Source: an uncultured delta proteobacterium (GTDB taxonomy: Bacteria > Myxococcota_A > Polyangia > Polyangiales > B10-G4). Taken from it: a stretch of 64,000 bases of DNA. This document shows, one piece after another, positions 1-8,865 of this stretch. The notes under the pieces are model-generated. The model saw nothing but the letters and a program-made list of their open reading frames with translations. It ran no database searches and was not told the origin of the DNA. The position numbers and the translations under genes are program-made. Location: NCBI GenBank assembly GCA_963727445.1, contig CAVSGI010000027.1:224001-288000 (forward strand), in the 5' to 3' direction. Position 1 is the stretch's first letter. Every line of letters starts with the position of its first letter.

Positions 1-246
1 GGCGTACGCCGCGACGAGGCGCTGCCAGATCTCGATCGCCCGCGGATAGACGCCGAGACGGAAGTAGACGCCGGCGAGCAGGTCCTGCCCCTTGGCGTCC
101 TGGGGCTGCAGCGCCAGCGCCTGCTCGAGCTCACCCTTCGCCTCGTGCACCTGATCGGCGAGCAGCAGCTCACTGCCCCGATACAAGTGGTACAGGAAGT
201 CGTCGGCTGCGGAGCCGGGGGTCGAGCTCGCCTCGTCTTGGGGCAC
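1..246 (-). CDS. TPR-repeat protein, N-terminal part (runs off the window edge)
   Basis: Manual translation from GTG at 246: VPQDEASSTPGSAADDFLYHLYRGSELLLADQVHEAKGELEQALALQPQDAKGQDLLAGVYFRLGVYPRAIEIWQRLV. The 'ALALQPQD..LAGVY..LG.Y..AI' pattern is TPR-like. No stop before position 1. Confidence 0.75.
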   Translation of the reverse strand, partial: MPQDEASSTPGSAADDFLYHLYRGSELLLADQVHEAKGELEQALALQPQDAKGQDLLAGVYFRLGVYPRAIEIWQRLVAAYA

Positions 247-294
247 GGGCCGGCAGGGTAGCCCGCCGGACACGGCCGTGTCAGCCTCCCGGCC

Positions 295-588
295 GTGCCC
301 GCCCTCCTCGCTGGTCTCCTCGCGCTCTTGCTCTGCGCTTCGGCCGAGGCGCAGGAGAGCTCCGCCCCCGAAGACGAAGCCCAGAGCCACAGCGCCGAGA
401 CCACCGGGCCCATCTTCGTCGACCCCGTCACCGGCCGGCGCTACCGCCACGTGCGGCCCGAGGAGCCGCTGAGGCGCGGCCCGCTCGAGGTCGACGCCTG
501 GCTCCCGCCGGCCCTGGGCGGCGCTGCCCTGCTCGTCGCGGGGGCTGTGCTGGTGACGGCTCATCGGCGACGCGGAGGCAAGCGTTGA
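295..588 (+). CDS. Small exported, membrane-anchored protein (signal peptide, C-terminal TM helix, basic tail)
   Basis: N-terminus LLAGLLALLLCASAEA; C-terminus LPPALGGAALLVAGAVLVTAHRRRGGKR; stop overlaps the next start by 4 nt. Confidence 0.6.
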   Translation: MPALLAGLLALLLCASAEAQESSAPEDEAQSHSAETTGPIFVDPVTGRRYRHVRPEEPLRRGPLEVDAWLPPALGGAALLVAGAVLVTAHRRRGGKR

Positions 589-1571
589 GCGAGCCCGAGC
601 CGACCGTCACCCAGGCGCCCACGGCGTCTCTGTGGCGGAAGATCCTCATCGCGACGCTGATCGGCGCGCTGGTCTTCGCGGCGCTCAGCCTCTACGGCGA
701 TGTGCAGGCGCTGCGTGACAACCTCAGCGTCTATCACTGGGAGATGTTCGCCCTGGCCCTCGCGCTGGCGACGGGGAACTACCTGATCCGCTTCGCGCGC
801 TGGCAGCGCTACCTCACGGTCATCGAGTGCCCCGTGCCCGCGCGCGAGAGCCTTCTGATCTTCCTCTCGGGCTTCGTGATGAGCGTGACGCCGGGCAAGG
901 TGGGCGAGGTCTTCAAGTCGCTGCTCCTGGTGGAGTCTCGCGGCTACTCGGTGGTGCGGACCGCGCCGGTGGTGGTGGCGGAGCGGCTGACCGATCTGCT
1001 CGCGCTCGTGATCCTCACCGCGCTGGGTGCACTCAGCTTTCCGGACGGAGTCGCGATCACCGTCGCCGGCGCGTTGATGGTGGGCGCGATCATCCTGGCG
1101 CTCGCCGTGCGCCCCTTCGCCGACTTCGGCTTTCTCCTGCTCGGCAGGCTCCCGGTGCTCGGCAAGATCGTGCCGCGCCTGCGAGAGGCCTACGAGTCGC
1201 TCTACGCGCTCACGCGGCCGGGCGCCCTGCTCTACGCGACGGTGCTGGCCACCGCGGCGTGGGGGCTCGAGGTGATGGCGCTGGGCTGCATCCTTCGGGG
1301 CTTCGAGGGGGTGCACCTCGGATGGGAGGCCACCTCCTTCGCCTACTCGGCGTCCACCATCGCGGGCGCGGTGGCGATGATGCCGGGCGGCCTCGGGGTG
1401 ACCGAGGCCGGCATGACGGGCCTGCTGTCGGCCCTGGGCGACGAAGCCATGACCCCGGCCGTGGCGACGGCGGCGACGATGCTGGTCCGCCTCGCCACGC
1501 TCTGGTGGGCGGTGGTGATCGGGGTGGTGGCCCTCGCGGTCTACCGCCGCACCCGGCCGGGCAAAGCGTGA
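585..1571 (+). CDS. Lysylphosphatidylglycerol-synthase TM-domain / flippase-like protein (UPF0104)
   Basis: Polytopic membrane protein with RFARW, TPGKVGE..K, ERLTD and PGGLGVTE motifs characteristic of the family. Confidence 0.85.
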   Translation: MSEPEPTVTQAPTASLWRKILIATLIGALVFAALSLYGDVQALRDNLSVYHWEMFALALALATGNYLIRFARWQRYLTVIECPVPARESLLIFLSGFVMSVTPGKVGEVFKSLLLVESRGYSVVRTAPVVVAERLTDLLALVILTALGALSFPDGVAITVAGALMVGAIILALAVRPFADFGFLLLGRLPVLGKIVPRLREAYESLYALTRPGALLYATVLATAAWGLEVMALGCILRGFEGVHLGWEATSFAYSASTIAGAVAMMPGGLGVTEAGMTGLLSALGDEAMTPAVATAATMLVRLATLWWAVVIGVVALAVYRRTRPGKA

Positions 1572-1698
1572 CGCAGCGCGTCAGGCTTCACCTTCTCGTC
1601 ACCTTGCCTCCACCCCTTCGTCGTTCTACGCTCAAATCGCTCTCGTCAATACCGGCCGGGCGGCCGGTTTGGGGAACTTCTGAGGGGAAAACCGCTTC

Positions 1699-2709
1699 GT
1701 GAAACAGACGAACGGAAGAGCGAGCGTCACGACGGCGGCGAGGAGTATCCCTCGCAGCCTGTCGGGGACGGCGTCTACCCTGACCTCGCAGATGGCGGTG
1801 CAGGACTGGCTGCTCCTCGGCTTCCACTCCTACATCAACCTTCGCCTCGCCCTCGCGCCCGACGGCCCCGACGCCAGTCTCGCGCGACGGCTGGCCTTCA
1901 CGCTTCTCGCCACGACGGCGGTGGTGGTCTTTCTGGTCCGCGCCGAGGTGATCCCCCGGAGCCGCTGGCGCGCGCTCTTCTATCGCGTGGGGCTGCTGAT
2001 CCCGACGGTGCTCTCGTATTTCGAGATGCGCTACGTGATGCCGGCGCTCGCGCTGCCGCTCCTCGACCATCCGCTGCTGGCGATCGATCAAGCGATCTTC
2101 GACCTCACGCCCTCGGTGTGGCTGCAGCGCTTCAACCGGCGTCCCATCGTGGAGTGGTTCGCGTTCTTCTACTGGAGCTACTTCGTCATCATCACGCTGA
2201 TGTGGCTCCCACCCCTCTTCCTCGAGCGGGGACGGCGACAGATCGAGCTCTACATGGGCTCACTGGTGGTCGCGTGCATGGGACACATCGGCTACACGCT
2301 GGTGCCTGGCCTCGGCCCCTACGCCACCATCACCTTCGACGCGCCCCTTCAGGGCGGCTTCTGGTGGAACATGGTGGAGACGGCGGTGACAGGCGCCGGG
2401 GCGATGATGGACATCTTCCCCTCGCTTCACACGGCCCTGCCCACCTTCTTCGCTCTCCACGCCTTCGGCCATCGCGACCATCCGCTCTGGCGTTTCGCCT
2501 GGCCGGTCCTCGCCTTCATGAGCGCAAACATCATCGTCGCGACGATGTTCCTCCGCTGGCACTACGGCATCGACGTCATCTTCGGCCTCCTGCTCGCCAT
2601 CACCGCCCGCCGCGTCGCGGTCTGGGTCGGCGAAAAGGAAGAGCGCCGCGGCCAGGGCAGCGACAACCGACAGCGCGTGTGGGAACCGCTGTTCAAGTAT
2701 CAGAAGTAG
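1699..2709 (+). CDS. PAP2-superfamily membrane enzyme, inositol-phosphorylceramide-synthase (Aur1/PAP2_3)-like; start may be ATG at 1792
   Basis: Hydrophobic protein with FPSLHTA and RWHYGIDV catalytic motifs, plus 'LLAIDQAIF' and 'PGLGP' segments. Confidence 0.8.
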   Translation: MKQTNGRASVTTAARSIPRSLSGTASTLTSQMAVQDWLLLGFHSYINLRLALAPDGPDASLARRLAFTLLATTAVVVFLVRAEVIPRSRWRALFYRVGLLIPTVLSYFEMRYVMPALALPLLDHPLLAIDQAIFDLTPSVWLQRFNRRPIVEWFAFFYWSYFVIITLMWLPPLFLERGRRQIELYMGSLVVACMGHIGYTLVPGLGPYATITFDAPLQGGFWWNMVETAVTGAGAMMDIFPSLHTALPTFFALHAFGHRDHPLWRFAWPVLAFMSANIIVATMFLRWHYGIDVIFGLLLAITARRVAVWVGEKEERRGQGSDNRQRVWEPLFKYQK

Positions 2710-2775
2710 ATCTGGGAAGCTGGCTTCCTCCTGAGCGAGTGATTCACGCCCCCCGTCCCGACCCTCGTACTCCGC

Positions 2776-4695
2776 GTGTATGATCGTCGGGTCCCGATGG
2801 ACGGCCAAGCAGCGATCGGACGAATCGTCGGGGGGTATCGGCTCGAACGGCCGCTCGGCCGTGGAGGAATGGCCGAGGTGTGGCTGGGCCGTTCGGAGAC
2901 GAACGGCAGTCTCGCGGCGATCAAGGTCCTGAAATCGGCGAAGGCCGAGGAGCTCAGAGAGCTCTTCGCGCGCGAGCGACGAGCCGTACTGCGCCTCAGG
3001 CACCCGAACATCGTCCCCGTCTTCGACGTCGGTGAGGACTACATCGCCACCGCGTTCGTGGAAGGGGTCGACCTGCGCCACCGCATCCGCTCCCCGATCA
3101 CCGCTCGCGAAGCGGTCGCGATCACCTGCGACATCGCGTCGGCGCTGCAGACCGCCCACGAAGCCGGCGTCGTGCACTGCGACGTGAAACCGGCCAACAT
3201 CCTGGTCGATCGTTCGGGCACTCCGTTCCTCGCGGACTTCGGCATCGCACAGCTCCTCGACGATCCCGAAACCGAGCCCGATCAGGTTCTCGGCACCCCC
3301 GCGTTCATGGCGCCTGAGCAGGCGAAGGGAGAGCCCTCGGCGAAGGCCGACCAGTACTCGCTCGCGAAGACCCTGCTCGCGCTCCTCGGGGGCGATCCGA
3401 CGGCGCATCCCGCGCAGCAAATCCTGGCGCTCCCCGACGAGCTGGCGGCGCTCGGCACGGTGCTCGCCACGGCGCTGGCGGCGGATCCCGAACAACGATT
3501 CGACGACATGGCGACGTTTGCCGAGGCGCTGCGTACGACGAAGCTCCCCGACACCGACAAGCCGCCTCCGCTGTTGAAGGTGGCGCGCGATCCCGCGACC
3601 TTTGCCTGGGCACGCGGATTTCGCGAGCGCCAGCAGTTCGGCGAGCACATCGTGCGGCTCGACTATCGTCTGAGCGATCTCGTCGAGCGAGGCTTGATCG
3701 AGGGCGCGGCTGTCGACGCCTTCGAGAGGTCCACGGGACACAGCGATTTCGGTTGGTCCCTCTACGCACGCGACGAGCGTCTGGGCTCGGTGGGCGAACC
3801 GGAGTCGTTGGCACGTGCACGCCAGAACGTCGTCCTGCTGCACGGACTCTTCGCGAATCGCGAAGTCTGGGTCGACGTCGCGGTGGGCATCGCGCGCGAC
3901 AACGGGCTGGGGGTGGTGCTGACCCCGGACTTGATGGGCTTCGGCGACTCCCCTCTCTCCGGCACGCTCCCCGACGATGCCCTGACCCCGGCTGGCCTCG
4001 TTCGCTCACTCGGCGCGTGGCTCGAGCTGCTCGGCCTCGATCGAGCTCCGTCGGTCGTTCTCGGTCACTCCTACTCGGCCACGGCCCTGTTGTGCGCGGG
4101 AACGGAGACGCTGGGGTCGCGGGCCCGACGCATCTGCATCGTCCCCGTCATGTTCTTCCACCGGTTCCGCGCGCGGCTCCAGGTTCGGGCCAACGCGCTC
4201 CAAGCCGTCTTGCTCCCGCTGCTACCGAAAGCCTTGCAGTGGTGGTTCACCCGGCGCGCGTTCCGTCGTGATCCGTCGCTCCGCCGAACGCGCATCAGCG
4301 CGCGCGACGACATGGCGCGCTCTGCGCTGCGGCTCGGCGCATTGCGCGTCGCGCGGCTGTTCTGGCGGCTCGCGAGAGCTCACCCCGCCGATCCCGCCGA
4401 GCTGGGCACTTGCACCGTCGTCACGACCCACGACGATCCACTCGTCGAAGACAGCGTCGCAGAAGAGGCGATCCGTGCCACCGGCATCCCGGATGCGCAG
4501 TGGTTTCGCCTCGTCTACGGAGGACACTTTCCGCAGCTCGTCGACGACGACCATCCGGAGTGGGGTGCGCGCAACGTTCACGAGCTCGTCAGCCTCGTGG
4601 ACAGCGTCCTCGACATGACCCGGACCACCGAGCCGCGCAAGGACGGCGGGGCCCCCGTGGACACCAAGGGCACGACTCAGACCGTCCCCGTCTGA
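2776..4695 (+). CDS. Ser/Thr protein kinase fused to a C-terminal alpha/beta-hydrolase domain (start may be ATG at 2797)
   Basis: Kinase motifs GRGGMAEV, AAIK, HCDVKPAN, DFG, GTPAFMAPE. Hydrolase motifs LLHGLF, PDLMGFGDS, GHSYS, DPLV, GGHFPQ. Confidence 0.85.
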   Translation: MYDRRVPMDGQAAIGRIVGGYRLERPLGRGGMAEVWLGRSETNGSLAAIKVLKSAKAEELRELFARERRAVLRLRHPNIVPVFDVGEDYIATAFVEGVDLRHRIRSPITAREAVAITCDIASALQTAHEAGVVHCDVKPANILVDRSGTPFLADFGIAQLLDDPETEPDQVLGTPAFMAPEQAKGEPSAKADQYSLAKTLLALLGGDPTAHPAQQILALPDELAALGTVLATALAADPEQRFDDMATFAEALRTTKLPDTDKPPPLLKVARDPATFAWARGFRERQQFGEHIVRLDYRLSDLVERGLIEGAAVDAFERSTGHSDFGWSLYARDERLGSVGEPESLARARQNVVLLHGLFANREVWVDVAVGIARDNGLGVVLTPDLMGFGDSPLSGTLPDDALTPAGLVRSLGAWLELLGLDRAPSVVLGHSYSATALLCAGTETLGSRARRICIVPVMFFHRFRARLQVRANALQAVLLPLLPKALQWWFTRRAFRRDPSLRRTRISARDDMARSALRLGALRVARLFWRLARAHPADPAELGTCTVVTTHDDPLVEDSVAEEAIRATGIPDAQWFRLVYGGHFPQLVDDDHPEWGARNVHELVSLVDSVLDMTRTTEPRKDGGAPVDTKGTTQTVPV

Positions 4696-4835
4696 CCGAC
4701 GGGCTGGGCGGTGCACTGTGTGATTCCCAGCCACACGTGTGTGCCACCAGCACCAACATTTCCCTCCCGTCAGCCCTTTCCGCGTCGTCTCACACCGGCA
4801 CGGTTGATGCTCCGTCGGGAGTCGTGACGTGGAAC

Positions 4836-5393
4836 ATGCGCAACGCCGGATGGGGAGTGCTCGTGGCGGTCCTCCTACTCGCAGTGACGTCGGCAACCGC
4901 GCGCGCCGAGGAGCCCGCAAGCACGGGCGCCGTCCTCTGGAGCGCCGGCGGGCACACGTTCTCGGTCGGCCCTGCCGCGGAGGTCCAACGCGTCGATTGG
5001 GGTATCGCCGGGCCGGCCATCGGCGCGTTCGCCGGCGCCTACCTGACGAATGTCGTGGGAAGCGCGCTCGCCGGCTATCAATGCGTTTGGACCGCCTGGT
5101 TCCATTCGGATTGCGCGTTTCAATCGGACTGGCTCGCGTTTCGTCTCGTGGGCGCGGTCCCCGTCGCGGGCCCATTCATCCAACTCGGACTCGAGCCAGG
5201 AACCGCGGGCGGCGACGCCTGGGCTCCATTCCTGATAGCGAACGGCATCACCCAGACCTGCGCGCTGACATTTCTCCTCGTGGAGCTCCTACACCCGTCA
5301 CGCCGAGTCTCGCTGACCTCCGGCGCCGTGGAGGTGAGACCCGAGCTCGGCGCCCAACGAGCGGGACTGAGCCTCATCGGGACCTTCGAGTAG
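4836..5393 (+). CDS. Hypothetical exported/membrane protein
   Basis: ATG at 4836 within ORF 4410-5393 gives a signal peptide (MRNAGWGVLVAVLLLAVTSATARA), hydrophobic segments and a C-terminal 'GLSLIGTF' beta-strand-like end. Confidence 0.6.
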   Translation: MRNAGWGVLVAVLLLAVTSATARAEEPASTGAVLWSAGGHTFSVGPAAEVQRVDWGIAGPAIGAFAGAYLTNVVGSALAGYQCVWTAWFHSDCAFQSDWLAFRLVGAVPVAGPFIQLGLEPGTAGGDAWAPFLIANGITQTCALTFLLVELLHPSRRVSLTSGAVEVRPELGAQRAGLSLIGTFE

Positions 5394-5619
5394 GCCGGAA
5401 CGGCCGTCGCACAGCAGCTGTACAGGCCGCCGATGCCTCTGCATCAGCGACGATGCCGTGTCAGCATGGTGGAGACGTACCGCGGTGGCCTGCTCGTCTT
5501 GCTCGCATTCGCTGCGATCGGTTGCGACGACCCATCCTTCACACAGGCCACGTGGTCACGTGACCTGTAAGAAACCCCTACGCACAGCACGCCCGACCAA
5601 CGGCGTCTCGCCGAAGCTC

Positions 5620-7012
5620 AGTAGCGTCCGTCAAGGTGGTGTAAGAGGCCACCGCGTCATCGTGGGCTAAGCGGTCATCGGCAGCGTCGGCTCCTCCGTG
5701 TCGTCGTTCGGCTTCCGGACCAAGTCCTCGAGAGAGCCGATGGTGAGGTAGCGCCTCATGATGGCCCACTCGTCGTGCTGCTCCGCCAAGACGGAACCGA
5801 GCAGACGAATGACAGAGTCGCGGTTGGGGAAGATGCCGACGACGTCGCTGCGGCGCCTGAGTTCCTTGTTCAGTCGTTCCTGCGGGTTGTTGCTCCACAC
5901 GCGACGCCAGTGCGCCTCCGGGAAGCTCGTGAAGGCGAGCAGCTCCGGCGCGGCCTCGTCGAGGAGCTTCGCCGCGTCGCCGAAGCGCTCCTCGAGCTTG
6001 GAGACGACCTCGCTGTGCTGCGCCCAGACGGCGTCGGCGTTCGGCTGCTGGAAGATGCTGCGCACGAGCGTGGCGACGAGGCCCTGCGCGCTCTTCGGCA
6101 CGCGCGTCAGCAGGTTCCGCATGAAGTGCGTCTTGCATCGCTGCCACGACGCGCCCGGGAGCACGGCGCCGACGGCGGCCTTCAGCCCCTCGTGCGCGTC
6201 GCTCACGACGAGCTTGACGCCGCTGAGACCTCGCGCGACGAGACCGCGAAGAAACGTCGTCCACGACGCTCCGTCCTCGACCGTGACGACGTCGACACCG
6301 AGCACCTCGCGGTGACCGTCGGCGTTCACGCCCGTCGCGACGACGACCGCGACATTGACGATGCGGCCGAGCTCGCGGCTCTTGACGCACATCGCGTCGA
6401 GCCAGACGTACGGGTACGCCTCCGCATCCAGCGGCCGATTGCGGAACGCATCGACCTGCTCGTCGAGGCTCTTCGCGAGCTCGCTCACCTGCGACTTGCT
6501 GATGCCCTCGATGCCGAGCTGCTTCACGATGGCGTCGACTTTCCGCGTCGAGACGCCCTGCACCCACGTCTCGGCGATGACCGCTATCAGCGCCTTCTCG
6601 CTCCGCTTGCGCGGCTCGAGCAGCCAGTCCGGGTAGTAGCTCCCCTTGCGCAGCTTCGGAATCGCGAGGTCGATGCTGCCGACCCGTGTGTCCCACCGGC
6701 GCCGGCGGAAACCGTTGCGCTGATTCGTCCGCTCCTCGCTCCGCACGCCCCACGGCGCGTTGCACAACCCCTCGGCCTCCATCTCCATCAGCGCCTCGGC
6801 CATGAACTGCACCATCGACCGGAGCTGGTCGCCGTCCGCTGCTTCGAGGTGCTTGCGCATCAGCGCCACTGCATCCATCGTCTTCTTCGTCTCGGTCATC
6901 GTCGTCCTCCTCGTTGGTTCGCAACTCGAAGATGACGCGATGGCCGAGACGTTAATAGGTCTCAGGCTTGATCACTCGTGCCTGCTCTTACACCACGCGA
7001 TTGGACGTTACC
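5620..7012 (-). mobile_element. Complete IS256-family insertion sequence (~1393 bp)
   Basis: Imperfect 28-bp terminal inverted repeats at 5620-5647 (AGTAGCGTCCGTCAAGGTGGTGTAAGAG) and 6985-7012 (reverse complement GGTAACGTCCAATCGCGTGGTGTAAGAG). Flanked by the direct repeat CGAAGCTC at 5612-5619 and 7013-7020. Confidence 0.92.
5667..6899 (-). CDS. IS256-family (Mutator) DDE transposase
   Basis: RNG.R.R..DTRVG.I.L.IPKLR.GSY.P, WLDA, VVSDAHEGL, WQRCKTHF, SNNPQERLNKELRRR motifs; frame intact. Confidence 0.95.
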   Translation of the reverse strand: MTETKKTMDAVALMRKHLEAADGDQLRSMVQFMAEALMEMEAEGLCNAPWGVRSEERTNQRNGFRRRRWDTRVGSIDLAIPKLRKGSYYPDWLLEPRKRSEKALIAVIAETWVQGVSTRKVDAIVKQLGIEGISKSQVSELAKSLDEQVDAFRNRPLDAEAYPYVWLDAMCVKSRELGRIVNVAVVVATGVNADGHREVLGVDVVTVEDGASWTTFLRGLVARGLSGVKLVVSDAHEGLKAAVGAVLPGASWQRCKTHFMRNLLTRVPKSAQGLVATLVRSIFQQPNADAVWAQHSEVVSKLEERFGDAAKLLDEAAPELLAFTSFPEAHWRRVWSNNPQERLNKELRRRSDVVGIFPNRDSVIRLLGSVLAEQHDEWAIMRRYLTIGSLEDLVRKPNDDTEEPTLPMTA

Positions 7013-7246
7013 CGAAGCTCTCACAGCGACGGCGGTGGCGTGCGCGGCTGCGGAGACGCGCCCGGCATCTTCGACAGGGATCCGCCGCCTCCTACCTCGC
7101 CGCAGGCACGTCATGACGCCGCATCCTGGTGATCAGCGCGCAGCAGCCGCGCACGCCGCCGACGTCATCATCCCCGTCTCTTGCCCCCCACCCTCAGGTC
7201 CCCCGAGCGTCAGGTTCAATCGCAGCTGAGCCGACTCAGGATCCTG

Positions 7247-7393
7247 GGCGGGGGTGGGGGGTGCCACCCGCGCAGACGGCGTAATTGCCGCGGCGCACCC
7301 ATCCGCCGGCACGCCACCCGACGCGTTGCTCAGCCCCGATCCCGGCCACCCACGTCACTTAGTAGCAAGCGGGTGGCACCCCCCACCCCCGCC
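7247..7393. repeat. Perfect 25-bp inverted repeat with 97-bp spacer (MITE/REP-like)
   Basis: GGCGGGGGTGGGGGGTGCCACCCGC at 7247-7271 and its exact reverse complement at 7369-7393. Confidence 0.75.
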
Positions 7394-7420
7394 AGCATCC
7401 GGAGCTCACCACCGTTGACG

Positions 7421-8863
7421 CTACCAGCCCGCCGTCTCACACGCAGATAGCGCCCGCGGAAACCGCGCCGCCCACGCCGCTTCGTCGTGCATCGCGTCCG
7501 GCTCCCACCAGTGGAAGAGGTCCGTGTCGAAGACGTAGCCCTCCCCGGCGAGCACATCACGCAGCTGCGTCGTCTCGCAGTAGTTGTCGAAGTCGTCCCC
7601 CTCTTCCTCGACGCCGTCCCCGTCGGTGTCGACGCAGGTGCCAGTGACGTTGCCGCCGCTGTCGAGGTAGATGGCGACGTCGCCGTGGCCGACCTCGGCG
7701 GGCCAGCGGTTGACGATCGCGTCGCTTCCGTCGAGGGCTGGATTCGCCGCGCCCCAGAAGAGCGTCGAGCTCATCGCGATCACGCAGCGCGTCAGATGCG
7801 GGCGCTCGATGGCGAGCAGGAGGGAGACCAGGCCGCCGAGGCTCGAGCCCCCGACCACGGTCTGCGCCTTCGACGCGGTGAGCCCATAGCGGCTCCGCGC
7901 GAAGGGAAGCGCCTCGTCCTCCAGGAGGGCGAGATAATCGTCCGCGCGGCCGCCCGCGATCGTGGTGCCCATGTCGTCGAGCCAGTCGGGCACCGGCGTG
8001 TATGCGTCGATCCGGTCGTCCACGCTGTCGATCGCCACCACCACCACGTCTTCGTAGCCCGGCGCCGACAGCGCCTCGTCCACGCGCCAACCGCCGAAGG
8101 GCGCGTCCGGGTGGAAGAGGTTCTGCCCGTCGTGCATCAGGAGCACGCGCGCGCTCGCCGCCGCGGCGCTCTCGGGGGCGAAGCCGGCCGGCAGGAGGAA
8201 GCGAATCGTGCGCAACAGCTCGAGGTGCGCGGAGCGAAGCGGGTAGCGCTCGCGGTGCTGGACGCTTCGATCCGGCAGCACCAGCCCGTAGGCGCCGAAG
8301 GTGTCGAAGCCGTAGGCTGTTGCCTCGGGGGGCGGCCGGTAGACGTCGGGCGCGCCGAACCACTTGTAGATGGCGCCCTCGAGGGGGACCGAAGCGTCCG
8401 CCACGTCGAACAGAGCGTAGTAGTGCACCCCGGTGGCGGCCACCGCCGCGGGAGTCGCGCTCTCGTCCCAGTCGTTGATGTCCGAGACCACCGCGACCGA
8501 GGCGGGTGCGTCGTCCCACCGCGTCACGAAGAGGATCCGGCCGTCCTCGACCAGCGGCCAGCGCGCCTCCACCGCCACCGCTTCGAGGGCGGCGTCCACC
8601 GCGTCGATGGAGGCGCTCGCGTCGCCCAGCAGAGCGACGATCGCGTCGATGCGACTCGGGGCCGCAGCGTCGCTCCCATCCGCCGCATCCACAGTGGCGT
8701 CAGCGGCCCCGTCGGCCGCCGCGTCCACCGATCCGTCCGGGACAGCGTCGGGCGCCGCATCCATGGCCGCGTCCGTGGCCCCGCCGTCGGTACGCACGCC
8801 GTCATCGCCGCACGCGGCGACGAGAAGCAGACTCAGCGCGCACATCCGCCGCGCCAGGTCCAC
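7421..8863 (-). CDS. Lipoprotein alpha/beta-hydrolase (putative esterase family); start GTG 8863 or ATG 8845
   Basis: Lipobox LVAAC, D/A-rich linker, LLMHDGQNLF, GGSSLGG nucleophile elbow, YLDSG, HDEAAWAARF. Confidence 0.8.
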   Translation of the reverse strand: MDLARRMCALSLLLVAACGDDGVRTDGGATDAAMDAAPDAVPDGSVDAAADGAADATVDAADGSDAAAPSRIDAIVALLGDASASIDAVDAALEAVAVEARWPLVEDGRILFVTRWDDAPASVAVVSDINDWDESATPAAVAATGVHYYALFDVADASVPLEGAIYKWFGAPDVYRPPPEATAYGFDTFGAYGLVLPDRSVQHRERYPLRSAHLELLRTIRFLLPAGFAPESAAAASARVLLMHDGQNLFHPDAPFGGWRVDEALSAPGYEDVVVVAIDSVDDRIDAYTPVPDWLDDMGTTIAGGRADDYLALLEDEALPFARSRYGLTASKAQTVVGGSSLGGLVSLLLAIERPHLTRCVIAMSSTLFWGAANPALDGSDAIVNRWPAEVGHGDVAIYLDSGGNVTGTCVDTDGDGVEEEGDDFDNYCETTQLRDVLAGEGYVFDTDLFHWWEPDAMHDEAAWAARFPRALSACETAGW

Positions 8864-8865
8864 GA

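Noticed and set aside
490..588. Sortase LPXTG or MYXO-CTERM sorting signal
   Set aside because: The TM helix and basic tail are present, but LPPALG is not LPXTG and there is no GC motif.
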